From positions 1,056,001-1,120,000 of the forward strand of contig NC_087438.1 in the NCBI RefSeq assembly GCF_036321535.1: 64,000 bases of DNA. Direction: 5' to 3'. The position numbers and the translations under genes were made by a program. The notes under the pieces are model-generated. The model had not been told where the DNA came from. It ran no database searches and saw nothing but the letters and a program-made list of their open reading frames with translations. This stretch comes from Camelus dromedarius (Eukaryota). Shown piece after piece: positions 25,080 to 35,950 of this stretch. How positions within the stretch are numbered: the first letter of the stretch is position 1; each line of letters begins with the position of its first letter.

Positions 25080-25500
25080 GCGGCTGCCCTCAGCGCATTA
25101 AAATTCCTGGCGCCCCAGCCTCGCAGCAGCGTCTCCCCAGAGACTCCACTTCCGCTATTACTGTCAAGTCCCCTTGACTCTTTATTTTTGCCCTTTTATC
25201 TATTACAACTAATTCGCGTTCTTTTGCCCTTTTCAGTCTAAGACGCGGGCTTTCTGCAAAGCCTCCCCCTACCAGCAGGCTCTCGGAGCGCGCAGCCTTT
25301 AGAAATCGAGGGGTTTACTGTCAAAATGAAAATTTCACTTCAAATTATCTTGCCTGATGCTCACTCGCCAGGCCGGGGGCTCCCGCCGCAGCCTTTTGAC
25401 AGACACATCGGCGTCGAGCTCCCGAATCTCGATAATATCATCCAAGAGAGCGAAAGTCAATACGGTGACAGCGCCGGGCGGATACAATCCAATTACTGCG
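25080..25500. promoter_or_regulatory. Candidate conserved non-coding element with four TGACAG and three GATA sites
   Basis: CTGTCA 25161, 25318; TGACAG 25397, 25466; TTATCT 25196, 25345; GATAAT 25431. Confidence 0.65.
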
Positions 25501-26769
25501 CGGCCGGCGGGGCGCAGGGTCCGCGGCTGCGCCTGGCGCTCCAGGCCTGGGGTTCCAGCCCCATCACTCAGAGCCGGGTCCGCCAGGGTCCGCCGGCAGG
25601 GCCCCACCGCTGGGGGTGTCGCATGCCGTTTCGCTCTCTAGGGCCGTAAACTCTCCCAACGCCAGGCCCGTCAGGCCCACTTCCCAGGGCTCCCGGCCTG
25701 CCCTGGTCTCTTCCAGGGGCCCAGGACCCCACAGGCCCCGCCCGGTGCCACCCAGCCCCTCACAGAAGAAAGCTTAAGCCTGGGCTGTCCCCTGACGGCT
25801 GCCCACCGGCGCACCCGCAGCTGGCGCCTCTGCGGCTGTTGGTCTGCCTGCCTACTGGCCAAAGGCCACCACTTCCGAGTTCCTGGACCTCCAGGCCGCT
25901 GCGGCCCTGCAGGCTCCCGGGATTTCTATGAAGCCCAGCAGGGCCTTAAGCAGAGGGCTTGCAGGCGAGGGGCGAGCCCTGAGTCCAGTGCAAGCTCACC
26001 AGCCCCCTGGGGACCAGGCACCCGGCGGGGGATGGGGCGGGGGGCAGCAAGGGAGGAGTGGGGCGGAGCAGGGGGGGAGGGAGGCGCAGCGTTCCCCTTT
26101 GGGAGGAAGCCAGTGATTTCCTTCCAGACCGTAGCTGCTGGCCACCAGCGAACTGGGCTCTGCTGGGGAGGGTGTGGGGGAACCGGGTTTCTGAGAGAAG
26201 CCAGGGGTCTGCAGGGACCAGGGCTCACATCCTCCTGCCCCGCCCCCGGCCATTCCTTCCAGCCCCACCTCCCTTCCCGCTGAGGGCTTCCTTCTCCAGG
26301 AGCCGCAGGCGCAGGCTTTCGGAAAGGTGGAGGCTCACAGCGAAGCAGCAGGTCCCTGGAGGGAGGGGGTGGTTAGGAGGCCAGGAGGGCGACGAACGAG
26401 CCTCACTCCCATGAAGCAGGGGCCGAGCAGCGTCTGCGGCAGGCTCCCCGCCCCGACAGGGCACAGTCCCGGGGGATTTAGACGTTTAAAAGTTATTCCA
26501 GTTTAACTGAAGAGACTTCTGCTTTCTCAAAGTCCTGGAGCCTGGCCATGGGGGGAGCTGAAAAGTTCAGGGTCTCCCTTCTGCTCCTGTCAGGGGCTCA
26601 GCAGAACCCTGAAAGTTCACCATGACTGTTCCTGTGAACACTGGCTTTGCCCTGTAGGCGACTCGAGTGAGGATCTGGGGTGGCGGCCCCCCCACTCCTT
26701 CCCTTGGGGACCAGCACCTTTCCTCTTCCAAGTTCCCAAATCCCTGGGTTTCAAATGCATTCACTTTGC

Positions 26770-27350
26770 AATGCAAACACCATCACTCGGTTTTATTGGT
26801 TTTGTTATATTAGCCTCTGAAGCAGGCAATAACTAGTGTGAACATACATTAAAAAACAGTTTTATCGCGTGAAGAGTGTGCAGTGGTGCGAACTCGGTGG
26901 GAGTGCTGCTGGGGAAAATCACGTGTGCTGAGGACGAACTCGGGGGTCTGCAGGCTGAGGGACGGGAGCAAGGAACAGGGGCATGCCTCAAATCCAAAAG
27001 AGACGGCAAGACAAACAGGCCTCAGGACGAAACGCCTTCTGCGCATGAACTTTGGGACATAGACTTTATGCTCCAGGGTGTCTCCCCGCTGCTCTGAGGG
27101 CCGCCCTATCCTGCCAGGTCCCCGAGTTTGGAAGTGGCCCAGCCAACTGACTCCTGCCCAGATGCACAGACAGCTGGGGGCTTGTTTGTGACCCTGGGAA
27201 ACTGAGTTCAGATCCTCCCTCTAGGGTGGTTGGTGGCCTGAGCTCTGCCGCGCCCTTGCCTTGCTTTGGAAACTCGGTAGAAAAGGGGTCGGCCACGTTG
27301 GAGCCTGCAGCCTGAGCGCCGGCTTCCTCCTCCCTCAGGGGCCCGGCCAG
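26770..27350 (-). other. IRX4: IRX4 3' UTR with AATAAA polyadenylation signal at 26792-26797
   Basis: TTTATT on + strand ~550 nt past the stop, followed on the minus strand by a G/T-rich tract; cleavage site approximate. Confidence 0.75.
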
Positions 27351-28174
27351 TCAGGCGCAGAAGGGCTTGCCGCCAGCCTTGGGCACAGCCAGCAACTCCT
27401 TGGCGGCACCGGCGGCAGAGGTGTCGTGGGGCGCGGCGGGCGGGAAGGAGCGGGCCATTGATGTCGTCAACACGTTCGCGCCTGTCCCCAGCGAGCGGCC
27501 CAGCGGCCCCGGGTCCAGGAGGGTGCCCTTGGCGGTGGCCCAGACCTGGTTCAAAGTGCTGTGCCTGAGGATGGGGTCGTGGAAGACCCCATCCACCCAG
27601 TTTCTGAGACTGGTTACCGGGGAGTCCTGGTGCCGGTCCAGGGCGCCGGAGGGGGCCGGGGCTGTGGGTGAGGAGGAGGTGGGCTCCAAGGAGGCGGCCG
27701 CAGGGCCAGGGGGGCCTTGGCGCTTGAGCATGCACGAGGGAAACTCAGTCTGGCCGAGAGCAGAGGCAGCGGCCGCAGTGGCCGTGTGTGCCAGGGACCA
27801 GATTCTCGGCTTGGCTTCGAGGCCCGCCGGCGCCCCAGCCGGAGCAAAGCCCAGCTTGGCCTCGCAGGCCTGCGGGCCGCCTCCCGCGCCTGGCTGCTGT
27901 TCCGGCCCAGCTGCTGAGCTCCGGACGCAGCTCCGCACCCTTTCCAGGTCCTGGTCCAGGATGAGCGCACCCCCGGCAGCCAGGGGCATCCGGAGGGCGC
28001 CTGAGGCCTCCTTCCCTGGGGCGCTGGGGCCATCAGGCGTGGTGGGGATGCGCTCCAGGCCTCCATCCAGGGGCTGGAAGGGTGGCTTCAGCTCGCACTC
28101 TGAGGGCTCCCCCTCCAGGGGGTCGAAGTCCTCCAAGTCACTGAGCTCCAGATCCTTCTCTTTGCTGATGGACT
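27351..28174 (-). CDS. IRX4: IRX4 coding exon 5 to stop, includes IRO box (KPRIWSLAHTAT, ~27777-27812) and C-terminus ...GGKPFCA*
   Basis: Acceptor ctcccctccccgcag|AG; 824 nt; total CDS 1563 nt = 520 aa; SLRNWVDGVFHDP motif typical of IRX4. Confidence 0.97.
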
Positions 28175-28624
28175 CTGCGGGGAGGGGAGAGAGTGTGTGA
28201 CCAGTGAAGGGAGACAGATGATGGGGTAACCAGCACCCCACTCCCCCTTCCTCACTCTGAGCCCCTGGTGTGGGGCTTAACCCTGGAGCTAGGAAAGCAC
28301 CCACGCCTTCCTACCCATCTCCCACCTCCTCAGAGGCTCCTGGTCCCCAAAACACCACCAGGGCAGAGCTGATTTCTGCCTCCTATCAGTGGGGCTGGGG
28401 TCTAATGTTTTAAATGTGATTTTGGATCTTGAAGCACTCTCCTGGCTCACCGCCACAGGCCCACACGTGCACATGGCCTTGCTCACCCGGGGCCAGTTCA
28501 TTCCTTTGCAGCCTAGACCCCGAGGGTTTGCCCCGGCTCCACGCCTTCAGAGGTCCTAGAACTGCAAGTAGGCACAGGCAGGCGCCGCGGGGCCCCAACC
28601 CAGCGTCGCCAGCCTCCCACACAC

Positions 28625-28953
28625 CTTCACTCTTGGTGCTCTTGACCAGCTGCTCCTGAGCTTCCTCCTCGCCCCCCTCGTCCTCCTCGCCCTCCGCGTA
28701 GGGCCGCTTCTCCTCCGAGCACTTGTTCCTTGGCGGCCACGTCATCTTGTTCTCCTTCTTGAGGCGCCGGCGCGCGTTGGCGAACCAGGTGGAGACCTGC
28801 GTGAGGGTCATCTTGGTGATGATGGCCAGCATGATCTTCTCGCCCTTGGTGGGGTAGGGGTTCTTGCGGTGCTCCTGCAGCCAGGCCTTGAGCGTGCTGG
28901 TGGTCTCGCGCGTGGCGTTCTTCCGCCGCGTGCCGCTGTCCATGGTCCCGTAC
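28625..28953 (-). CDS. IRX4: IRX4 coding exon 4 with TALE homeodomain ([61 protein letters not shown]) and acidic stretch, 329 nt
   Basis: Acceptor gtctccag|G, donor AAG|GTGTGT; phase 2 to 1; PYP loop and WFANARRR (Ala50) diagnostic of the IRX class. Confidence 0.98.
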
Positions 28954-29792
28954 CTGGAGACAGCTGGGCAATGGGGCGCCGGCAGCGGGCCCTGCACCGC
29001 CGGCGGCCAGGGCCAGGCCCACGCGGGCCCTCAGTGGGGGTGTGTCTATGGTGGAAAGACTTGGGTCTTACGCAGGAAGGCACCGCCTTCTGTGGCCCCA
29101 GGGCAGAGATAATGTTTATGTTTGATTGAACGCATATGGCGCCTGGGCTCCTTCTCCAGCCGAGAGGCCCCGGGTGGAGCTGAGCATGGCACAAGGCCCA
29201 GCCAGGTCTCTGTGACTCCACCTAGACATATGTTTCTCTGAGTTCCCTCACCCTGCCTTTCTCCTACCCTTTTGATCCTGAAACTCAGACAGCACTTCAC
29301 AGAGAGGTGAACCCAACCATCAACACCTGTGGGGAGGAGTGGTCACTAACGCCCATGGGGAGAAAGTGCCCGGAGGGCCTGCGTTGACTTTCCGTGTTAC
29401 ATTTTTCTGACGAGGCATGTTATCTGCTGGTGGGCAAGGACTCCCCTCTCTGGCCCCGCACGGGGCAGTGAGCCAGGCCCAGACACATCACAGGGACTGC
29501 CCTTCCCAGGGTGCAAGGAAGCATCCCAGGAAGCCTGGGCAGCAGGACAAGCCTCCTCGGAACGCAATCTGCAGCAAGGTCTCTGGGAGTCGGGACAGAC
29601 GGCATGGGGGCGGGGAAGGGGGCACCTACTGCATTGGGCCCTGCAGCAAGGCTGGCAAGGGGGTGGGTCTAGGCCTAACCCAGGGCCAGCCGGACTCCCA
29701 CCCCAGGAGTGGGCTTCCTCCTGCTGCCCGACCTTTCGGAGGGGCTGTGGGAATGGCGGCCCATGGGGAGCAGGGAGGGCCGGACTCCTCAC

Positions 29793-29905
29793 CTGTCATA
29801 CGGGTACTGGCCCAGCGCCGGCTCGTAGGGGTAGTAGGCGGCGGCGGCAGCAGGAGCGAGGCCCGAGTGAGCAGAGCCCGGAGTGTCCTTGGAGTCGAAG
29901 CTGTT
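29793..29905 (-). CDS. IRX4: IRX4 coding exon 3 (NSFDSKDTPGSAHSGLAPAAAAAYYPYEPALGQYPYD), 113 nt
   Basis: Acceptor ctcctacag|AAC, donor AG|GTGAG; phase 0 to 2; Iroquois-type YYPYE..LGQYPYDR motif. Confidence 0.95.
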
Positions 29906-30623
29906 CTGTAGGAGCCCATGAGCCTGGGGTCGCAGCTTCTGGGAGTCTACCCAGCTCCAGCCCCTCCCCTAAGCCTCCTGGCTCTTGTCTGCTTCCCACA
30001 GACCCAGGGGCAGCTCCCACCCCACCCCCACCTGCACCCCCTTTCCCAGGCTCTGCCTGGGGTCCAGGCAGCCAAGGAGCCCCAAGACGTGGAGGGAGGA
30101 GAGCAGAGTTGGGAGGTGTGGGGAACAGGAGACAGGAGAAAGAGAATGGAGGGAGGGAGGAGGGAGAGAAAAGGGTGAGCAACTAGGGACTGGAGGAGGG
30201 TGGAGGGAGGGGAGGGGGACTGGACAGGAGAAGGGAGGCGAGAAGTGGGGAGGAGCCGAGCTGGGGCAGGGAGGCGGGGGCAACTGGGAGGAGTGACGGG
30301 GCAGGGCAGCTAGTGGGGAGCAGGCCAGGGCGAGCTCCCATGGAACCAGACATCTAACCAGAACTTAACAGTGAGCCGAAAACATTAACTACAACGGCCC
30401 ACCTGCCAGGACACCCCAACCCCGGGGGCTGGTGGTGCTCTGAAGGACCAGGCCAGGTGGTGCAAGTTGAAAGAAGCCAAGGTGTGCTTCTCCCACCCCC
30501 AAAAGTCCGGGGTCCAGGTTCCTCAGCCCTTGCCTCCAGAGAACAGGGAAAGTGAGTTCGGCAAATCGAGGGGTGGGGGAGTGGTGAGGTGGCAGGAAGG
30601 TTTGAGACACGCCCCCCCCTTAC

Positions 30624-30875
30624 CAGCGAGTAGAAGGCCGATGCCTCGGAGCCGTAGGTCACGTAGTTGCCATAGCCCTGCGCGCCCCCGTAGGGGCCCC
30701 CGTAGACGCCCAGCGCCGCGGCCGAGTTGAGCTCGTGGCGCGCGGTGGCCAGCAGCCGGCTCTCGTAGACCGGGCAGTAGACTGGCGCCTGGGCCGAGGC
30801 GGCTGGCCGGGAGTCTGCCAGCGTGCGGCCGCCCGATTCGCAGCACGTGCTCAGGGAGTTGGTGGGCATCAAGAA
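30624..30875 (-). CDS. IRX4: IRX4 coding exon 2 (FLMPTNSLSTCCES...SEASAFYSL), 252 nt
   Basis: Acceptor tcttcccctcag|TTC, donor CTG|GTAAG; translation lies within ORF 30354..30962 and is recognisably IRX4. Confidence 0.97.
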
Positions 30876-31373
30876 CTGAGGGGAAGATGAGCCGCGAGGA
30901 AGGGCGAGGCCCCCGGGCACCGGCACCAGCCTGGGGGCCTGCACCTCCTCCGTCCGCCCCATGCGTCGTCCAGAAGTGCGCGCCCCATGTCCACACCGGG
31001 CTGCGCGTTCCTTCTTCTGGCGGCGAGACTGTGCACCTGGCCTCTTCCAGCTACGTGGGGCCCAGCCTGCCCTGGCTAGTAATGTTCATACCCTGCTCCT
31101 GGGGTTTCCAAAGGCGCAGGGCACGTGGCCTGGTGTGACGCGTCTCTCCCGGGTCCCCAGGCCCCCCGCCCCCCAGGGCGTAGGCTCAGGGCCCTGCTCG
31201 GGGTGGACGACAAACAAAGCGGGAAATGAGGGTCCTGCCCGTCGCAATTTCTCAGCGCCTCAGCTCTCCCCGGGACATGACACGAGGGGCGCGTGGCACA
31301 GGCCCTGTTTGCTGGAGAACGAGAGCGGGTCGCTGGATAGCCCGCCTCCAAGCGGCTCGCGGGGCCCCCTTAC

Positions 31374-31418
31374 CTGGGGTGCCGAGGAGTAGGGGTACCC
31401 AAACTGCGGGTAGGACAT
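31374..31418 (-). CDS. IRX4: IRX4 coding exon 1 (MSYPQFGYPYSSAPQ)
   Basis: ATG at 31418 in context gcccgccATG; 15 codons matching the Iroquois N-terminus; donor CAG|GTAAG; phase 0. Confidence 0.97.
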
Positions 31419-31959
31419 GGCGGGCGCGGCCCGGGGCCGGCTGGCCCGGCCGGCGGGGTCCTACGAGCGGGGGTCGGCGTGCCGCGGCCACTGCTCCGGG
31501 GCTGCCGGCTTCTAGGCGCTGGGAGGACGAAGCAGAAGAGCGGGTTAATTCAGCCACACGCTCCGCAAACTTTTCTAACTGGGTAGGAAAGTGCGTCTCG
31601 GCGGCCGCGGCGATCCTTTTAGCGCCACAATCCGGAGCCTCGAGGGGGCTCTGGGACCGAACGGCCTCGCAGCGGCGACACAAATACATATTTTGCAAAA
31701 AAGGAAAAAAAATGAGTCGTTCGAATCCGTCAAGTCAGCGGTGCGCGGCTTTAAGCGGCGGAGGCTCTGACGTCAGCCCCACGCCGCGCAGCCAGGTCTG
31801 GCAGCAGACGCATGGGTCACTCGGCCGCGGCCGGGCCGGGCGGGGCGGGGACGGGACAGGCGGGCCGCGCCGCCGGGCGGAGGGCGCACGGCTGGAACAA
31901 ATGAATTTCCTTCGAGGAGTCAATATCGCCCCGACGAACGGTGTTTCTCCTTAGTCACC

Positions 31960-32110
31960 GAGGACGGAAGGCACTTTTAATTAGAAATTAATTAATGAGC
32001 AGCTGCTCCTTCCCACCCCACTGTAATCATTAGTCTCAATTACAAATGAGACATATGAGGGACAGACGAGTGAGTCTTCACCGAAGATGTAATCAACAGT
32101 TAAAATTAGC
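31960..32110. promoter_or_regulatory. AT-rich homeodomain-site cluster inside the promoter CpG island
   Basis: TTTTAATTAGAAATTAATTAATGAG, TGTAATCATTAG, CAATTAC, TAATCA, AAATTAG within 150 bp. Confidence 0.6.
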
Positions 32111-32979
32111 CCGGCGCTGGCGCAGGCGGCCGCCCGGCCGGCCTCGGCTCTCCGCGCGCCCCTCCAGGTGGAAGGCAGGCGGCTCCGCGGGCCGGCGCGA
32201 CGGCGGCGGGCGGCGCGGGCCGACCATTGTTTAACCGGGGCTCAGCAGAGCCTCCCGCCAGTTCGAACCCTGCACGGAAATGGAGTTCCAGACCCAGCGC
32301 GGCTGCCAGCGCGGCGACATCTGGAGGTCGTAATACCCTCCGTGTGTGGGTCGGGCTTCCCCAGAGCCCGCGCCCCGGGGCTCGGTGGGCAAGAGGCTTT
32401 GCCACTCTCATCCCCGTGTCCCCGGGGAGCCACTCCCCCGCCCAGTAAGTTCCTGCTCACCCCACCCCTTCCGCGGGCCGCCCTCCCTCAGCCGCCTCCC
32501 CCTGCCCCTCGCGGCTAAACCCGGGACTGCCAGACAGCCCTGCGCGCTAGGACGAGCCGGTTTCCCGACTCGGCTCCGGGGCCCCTCCCGCTGCGCTCGC
32601 GCCTCCCGGCGACCTTCAGGGCTCGTTCCGGGGGAAGGGACGCTGGGCGCCGGGCCGAGACGCCCTTCCCTGCTTAGGGTGCAGGCAGCGGTCCGGGGGC
32701 AGTCGAGTGCCCACCCCAGCGTTTCACCAGCCGGGCCGGCCCTGGGACCTTGCCCGAGTCCTACGCGGAGGCCAGCGCGCTGGCGGTAAGGGGACTCCCG
32801 GGCCCCTCCGAGCCCGCTCCCGCCTCGCGCCGCCGCCCTCCGGGGGTCCGGGCTCGTCCCAGCCGCTCTCGCCCGGCCTGGCCTCCCGCGGTCGCCGGGA
32901 GGGAGCCGCGCACGGCGCGCTGCGCAGACTTGCTGGGAAAGATTCCTGGGTTCAGACCTGTGAATCGCCCCAGGGTCAC

Positions 32980-33430
32980 CCTCTAATTAATGGTGGCGTC
33001 CTCGCCCTCTCCCCAGCTGCAAACCTGCCTCCCAGAAACGAAATCTGCCCGCTCTGACAGCTCGGTTGAAGGTGATTGATGACTATCTGGAGACCACAGT
33101 ACACATCATATAATATCTGCTGCGTAATTGCTTTAATTTACAGATGAAAATACGAGTTCTCCGATCGCGTTGGACCGCAGCCGGCCACGTCCGAGCTGCT
33201 TGCAACGGAGAATCATCGGAAGTAATGAATAGCCGCTCCATGCAAATTATTCAGACAGTTTAGCGTCTGTAGCCGGGAGAGATATATAAAGAACACGAAT
33301 CAAATGACATTAATAATTGTTTTTGAATTCTGTATTGATTTCGTGGTGGCCGTGTTTATTTCTTTCTCACCTGAATTGCTAATATCACCTTCCTGTAAAT
33401 AATAAGAAACTAGCCACTGGGGCTTCTGGG
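32980..33430. promoter_or_regulatory. Candidate conserved enhancer with MEIS + PBX/HOX composite site
   Basis: TAATTAAT ~32984, TGACAG 33055-33060, TGATTGAT 33073-33080, ATGCAAAT ~33240, many TAAT cores. Confidence 0.6.
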
Positions 33431-34899
33431 CAGAAATGAATCTCTCAAGTCTCTCGCCCTCCTCCTCCTCCCCTCCCCCACCCCCCCTCCTCCCTTCTCC
33501 TTCCAGTTTTCTGGCTTCTGCTGAGGCTTTTGCCGAACATCCTGCTACTTTCCATTATTTATTGTTTACAAACAACTCACTCTCTCCTGGTAATGAGGGC
33601 AGGGGTGCGGGTGGAGGGAGGTGCACAAGCCCAGGGTGGCCGGGGACTCTGGGAGCAGCGGTCTCTACGGGAGGGTGGCACTGAGCATCCTTTCCTCACC
33701 CCCTTCCCCTGGCCATGGTCCCGGCCTCAGAGATTGAGCGCTCAGCTGGCGGAGAGGAAGCTACCACCCAGGTCCCAGCAGCCAGTGCCTCGGGGCTCCG
33801 GGGCTAAGCCCAGACCTGCGTTTCGGTCCCCAGAGACCCTGACCATAGCTCTGGGGACCCGAACATGCGACCATTCATTTTCTGAGCAGAACTGTTCACC
33901 CTTGGAGGGCGGTAGGCACAGCTGGTCCCTGGGGGCTTCTGGGGGAGGGGTTTCCGGAGCTTCCTTTGACCGTCACTGCTATGTTCTGTTTTCCTTTCCA
34001 GCCTGAGTGTGTGAATATATGCTCTGGTCCCCACCCACCCGCCTGCCAGGTTCTCTCAGGCCAGCCTCTTTCACTGATCCTGAAATCCCACACCCGCTGC
34101 ACTTTGCCAGACTGCTGCACAGCGATCTAGCCACCCTGTTTGGGGAAGCTGGCTACATTAAGGGCTGCTCACCCAGCCCCCACTATCCAATCCCGGAGGC
34201 AGGGTTAGCCCCATCTGTCTCCAGCCGGGTGCACACCCCCACATCCCACTGACAACTTGTGCCTTGGCTGAGACAGGTCTGCCAGAGCCTGGGTACTTTG
34301 GGGGTCATCTTTGTCCTGAAAGGCCCAGCCTCAAGCTGAGGCACCCTGGTTTCCCTCCAGAAGGAGACAGAGTGTCAGAATCTCAGGCATCATCAGCTAA
34401 ATGCACTTGTGTAGACTCGGCTTACTGAGCCCACGACCCTCGAGGGAACCCTGGTTCTAAATACACCCGCGGACAGGACCCACCAGGAACCACGCAGTTC
34501 CCCATGGGCAGGGCAGCAGCTGGGCTTCCGTGAGGTGCCCCCACTGGTCTGCTGAGTTCGAGAGACACCCAGGACGAGGGGGCCTGAGGATGGTTGGCCC
34601 CAAAGGGTAGGGGCCTGTGGGTCCCTTTCTTGGCTGTGGGGTGATGTCGGCCGGCCATCGAAACCACGTAGGGCCTCTAGAGAGAGGCCATGTCCTGACC
34701 TTCCTCTGCTCCCGGTGGGGTTTCACACCTCAGACTAGCCGAGCCCCCAGAGTCTGGCCGTCCTCGGAGTCCACAGGCCACCCCACTCCCCCTCAATCCC
34801 GCACCCAGAGCCACCACGGAGGCGGGGGCCTCTCTCCAGCCCAGCGAAGTTGACCCCAGCCAGAGGGCGGGGGCAGGAGCGCGCAGCACCAGACTGGGG

Positions 34900-35950
34900 C
34901 CTTCTTTTCTGAGGCATAGGGCCGAGCCCCTGGGGAGCCCGTGCTGCCCGCTGCTCGCGGACGCCCGGGCGGGCGGGGTGCGGGGCTCAGAGGCGTTCTA
35001 GATGTCCGGGCGCCACACTCGCCAACCCCGAGGCTGGCAGGTTGCGCCTTCGCAGCCGCTTCTCTGGGGTCTCCCGCGAAACCAGTGGGCGAGCTGCAGG
35101 CGCACGGGTTGAATCCTCCCGAAAGGCCCCGCATTCCGGCCGGCTCCCTCCGGCTCTCGCGCCTCGGCCCCACCGCTCGCCCGCTCGCTCGCAGGGCGCC
35201 GCCCGAGAGGGGCGTCGGAATGCAGGTCCCAGCCCCGCGTCGCCCCCCGCACCCCGCGCCCGCCTGCGACCCCCGTTCCCGAAACTTGCCGCGAACGCGG
35301 CGGCCTCCAGAGACCCCACCGGCGGGCAGCAAACTTTGTGCCCTGCAGCGCAGGACCCATCCTCGCAAAGTTTGCGCGGCCGAGCCCACTCCCTACCTGC
35401 GCCGGGGACGCGCCCGCCGCGCCGCTCGGGCGCCGGGGCCGCGGGGAGCAGCGCGCAGCCCGGGACGCACCGGGGAGTCGCCGCCGTCGCCGGCACCCGC
35501 GCCCCTCGGCGGCCGCGCGGAGCCTCCGCCTCCCCGGCGGGGGGAGGGGTCTCGGCACCCCGGGGCGGGGGCGGGTGCGGGGACCTCGCCTACCTGCGGT
35601 GGCGCCGGGCCGCTACCGGCCGCCCGCGAGGGCTCTGCGCGGCCACTCGGCGCGCGCGCTCGGGCAGGGAGCGGGCGACAACTAATGGAGACATTTCCAG
35701 GCGGAGCACCTGGCGAGCGGAGCGCGCCGGCGTCCCCAGGCGCCGCGGTCGTCAGCCGAGCCCGCACCGGCGTGACGTGGGCGAGCGAGCGCGCTGCTCC
35801 CACCCGGCCGCCCATTAACGCTTTCCCCCGCGGGCGCCGCGCACTCGCCAACTTTCCCCTCCGCCCGGCCCGCGCGGGGTGCACGGGACGGAGGCGCCCG
35901 GGGTGGGGGGTGAGGGGTGGGGGCAGGGACACCGAGGGCTGGTCGGGCGG
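34900..35950. promoter_or_regulatory. Upstream CpG island, probable alternative IRX4 promoter / non-coding first exon(s)
   Basis: Very high CpG density; minus-strand donors CAG|GTAGG with exon ends at 35594 and 35397; a matching strong acceptor lies at 31519-31520 upstream of the ATG. Confidence 0.65.

Larger units (their letters stand above)
31300..33000. promoter_or_regulatory. IRX4 proximal CpG-island promoter
   Basis: Dense CpG; GC boxes gggcggggcgggg ~31837-31850; full CRE TGACGTCA 31768-31775; TATA-like TTAAA on minus 31750-31754, implying a TSS near 31720. Confidence 0.85.

Noticed and set aside
27367..28200. 277-aa plus-strand ORF antisense to IRX4 exon 5
   Set aside because: Shadow of GC3-rich codon usage on the opposite strand.
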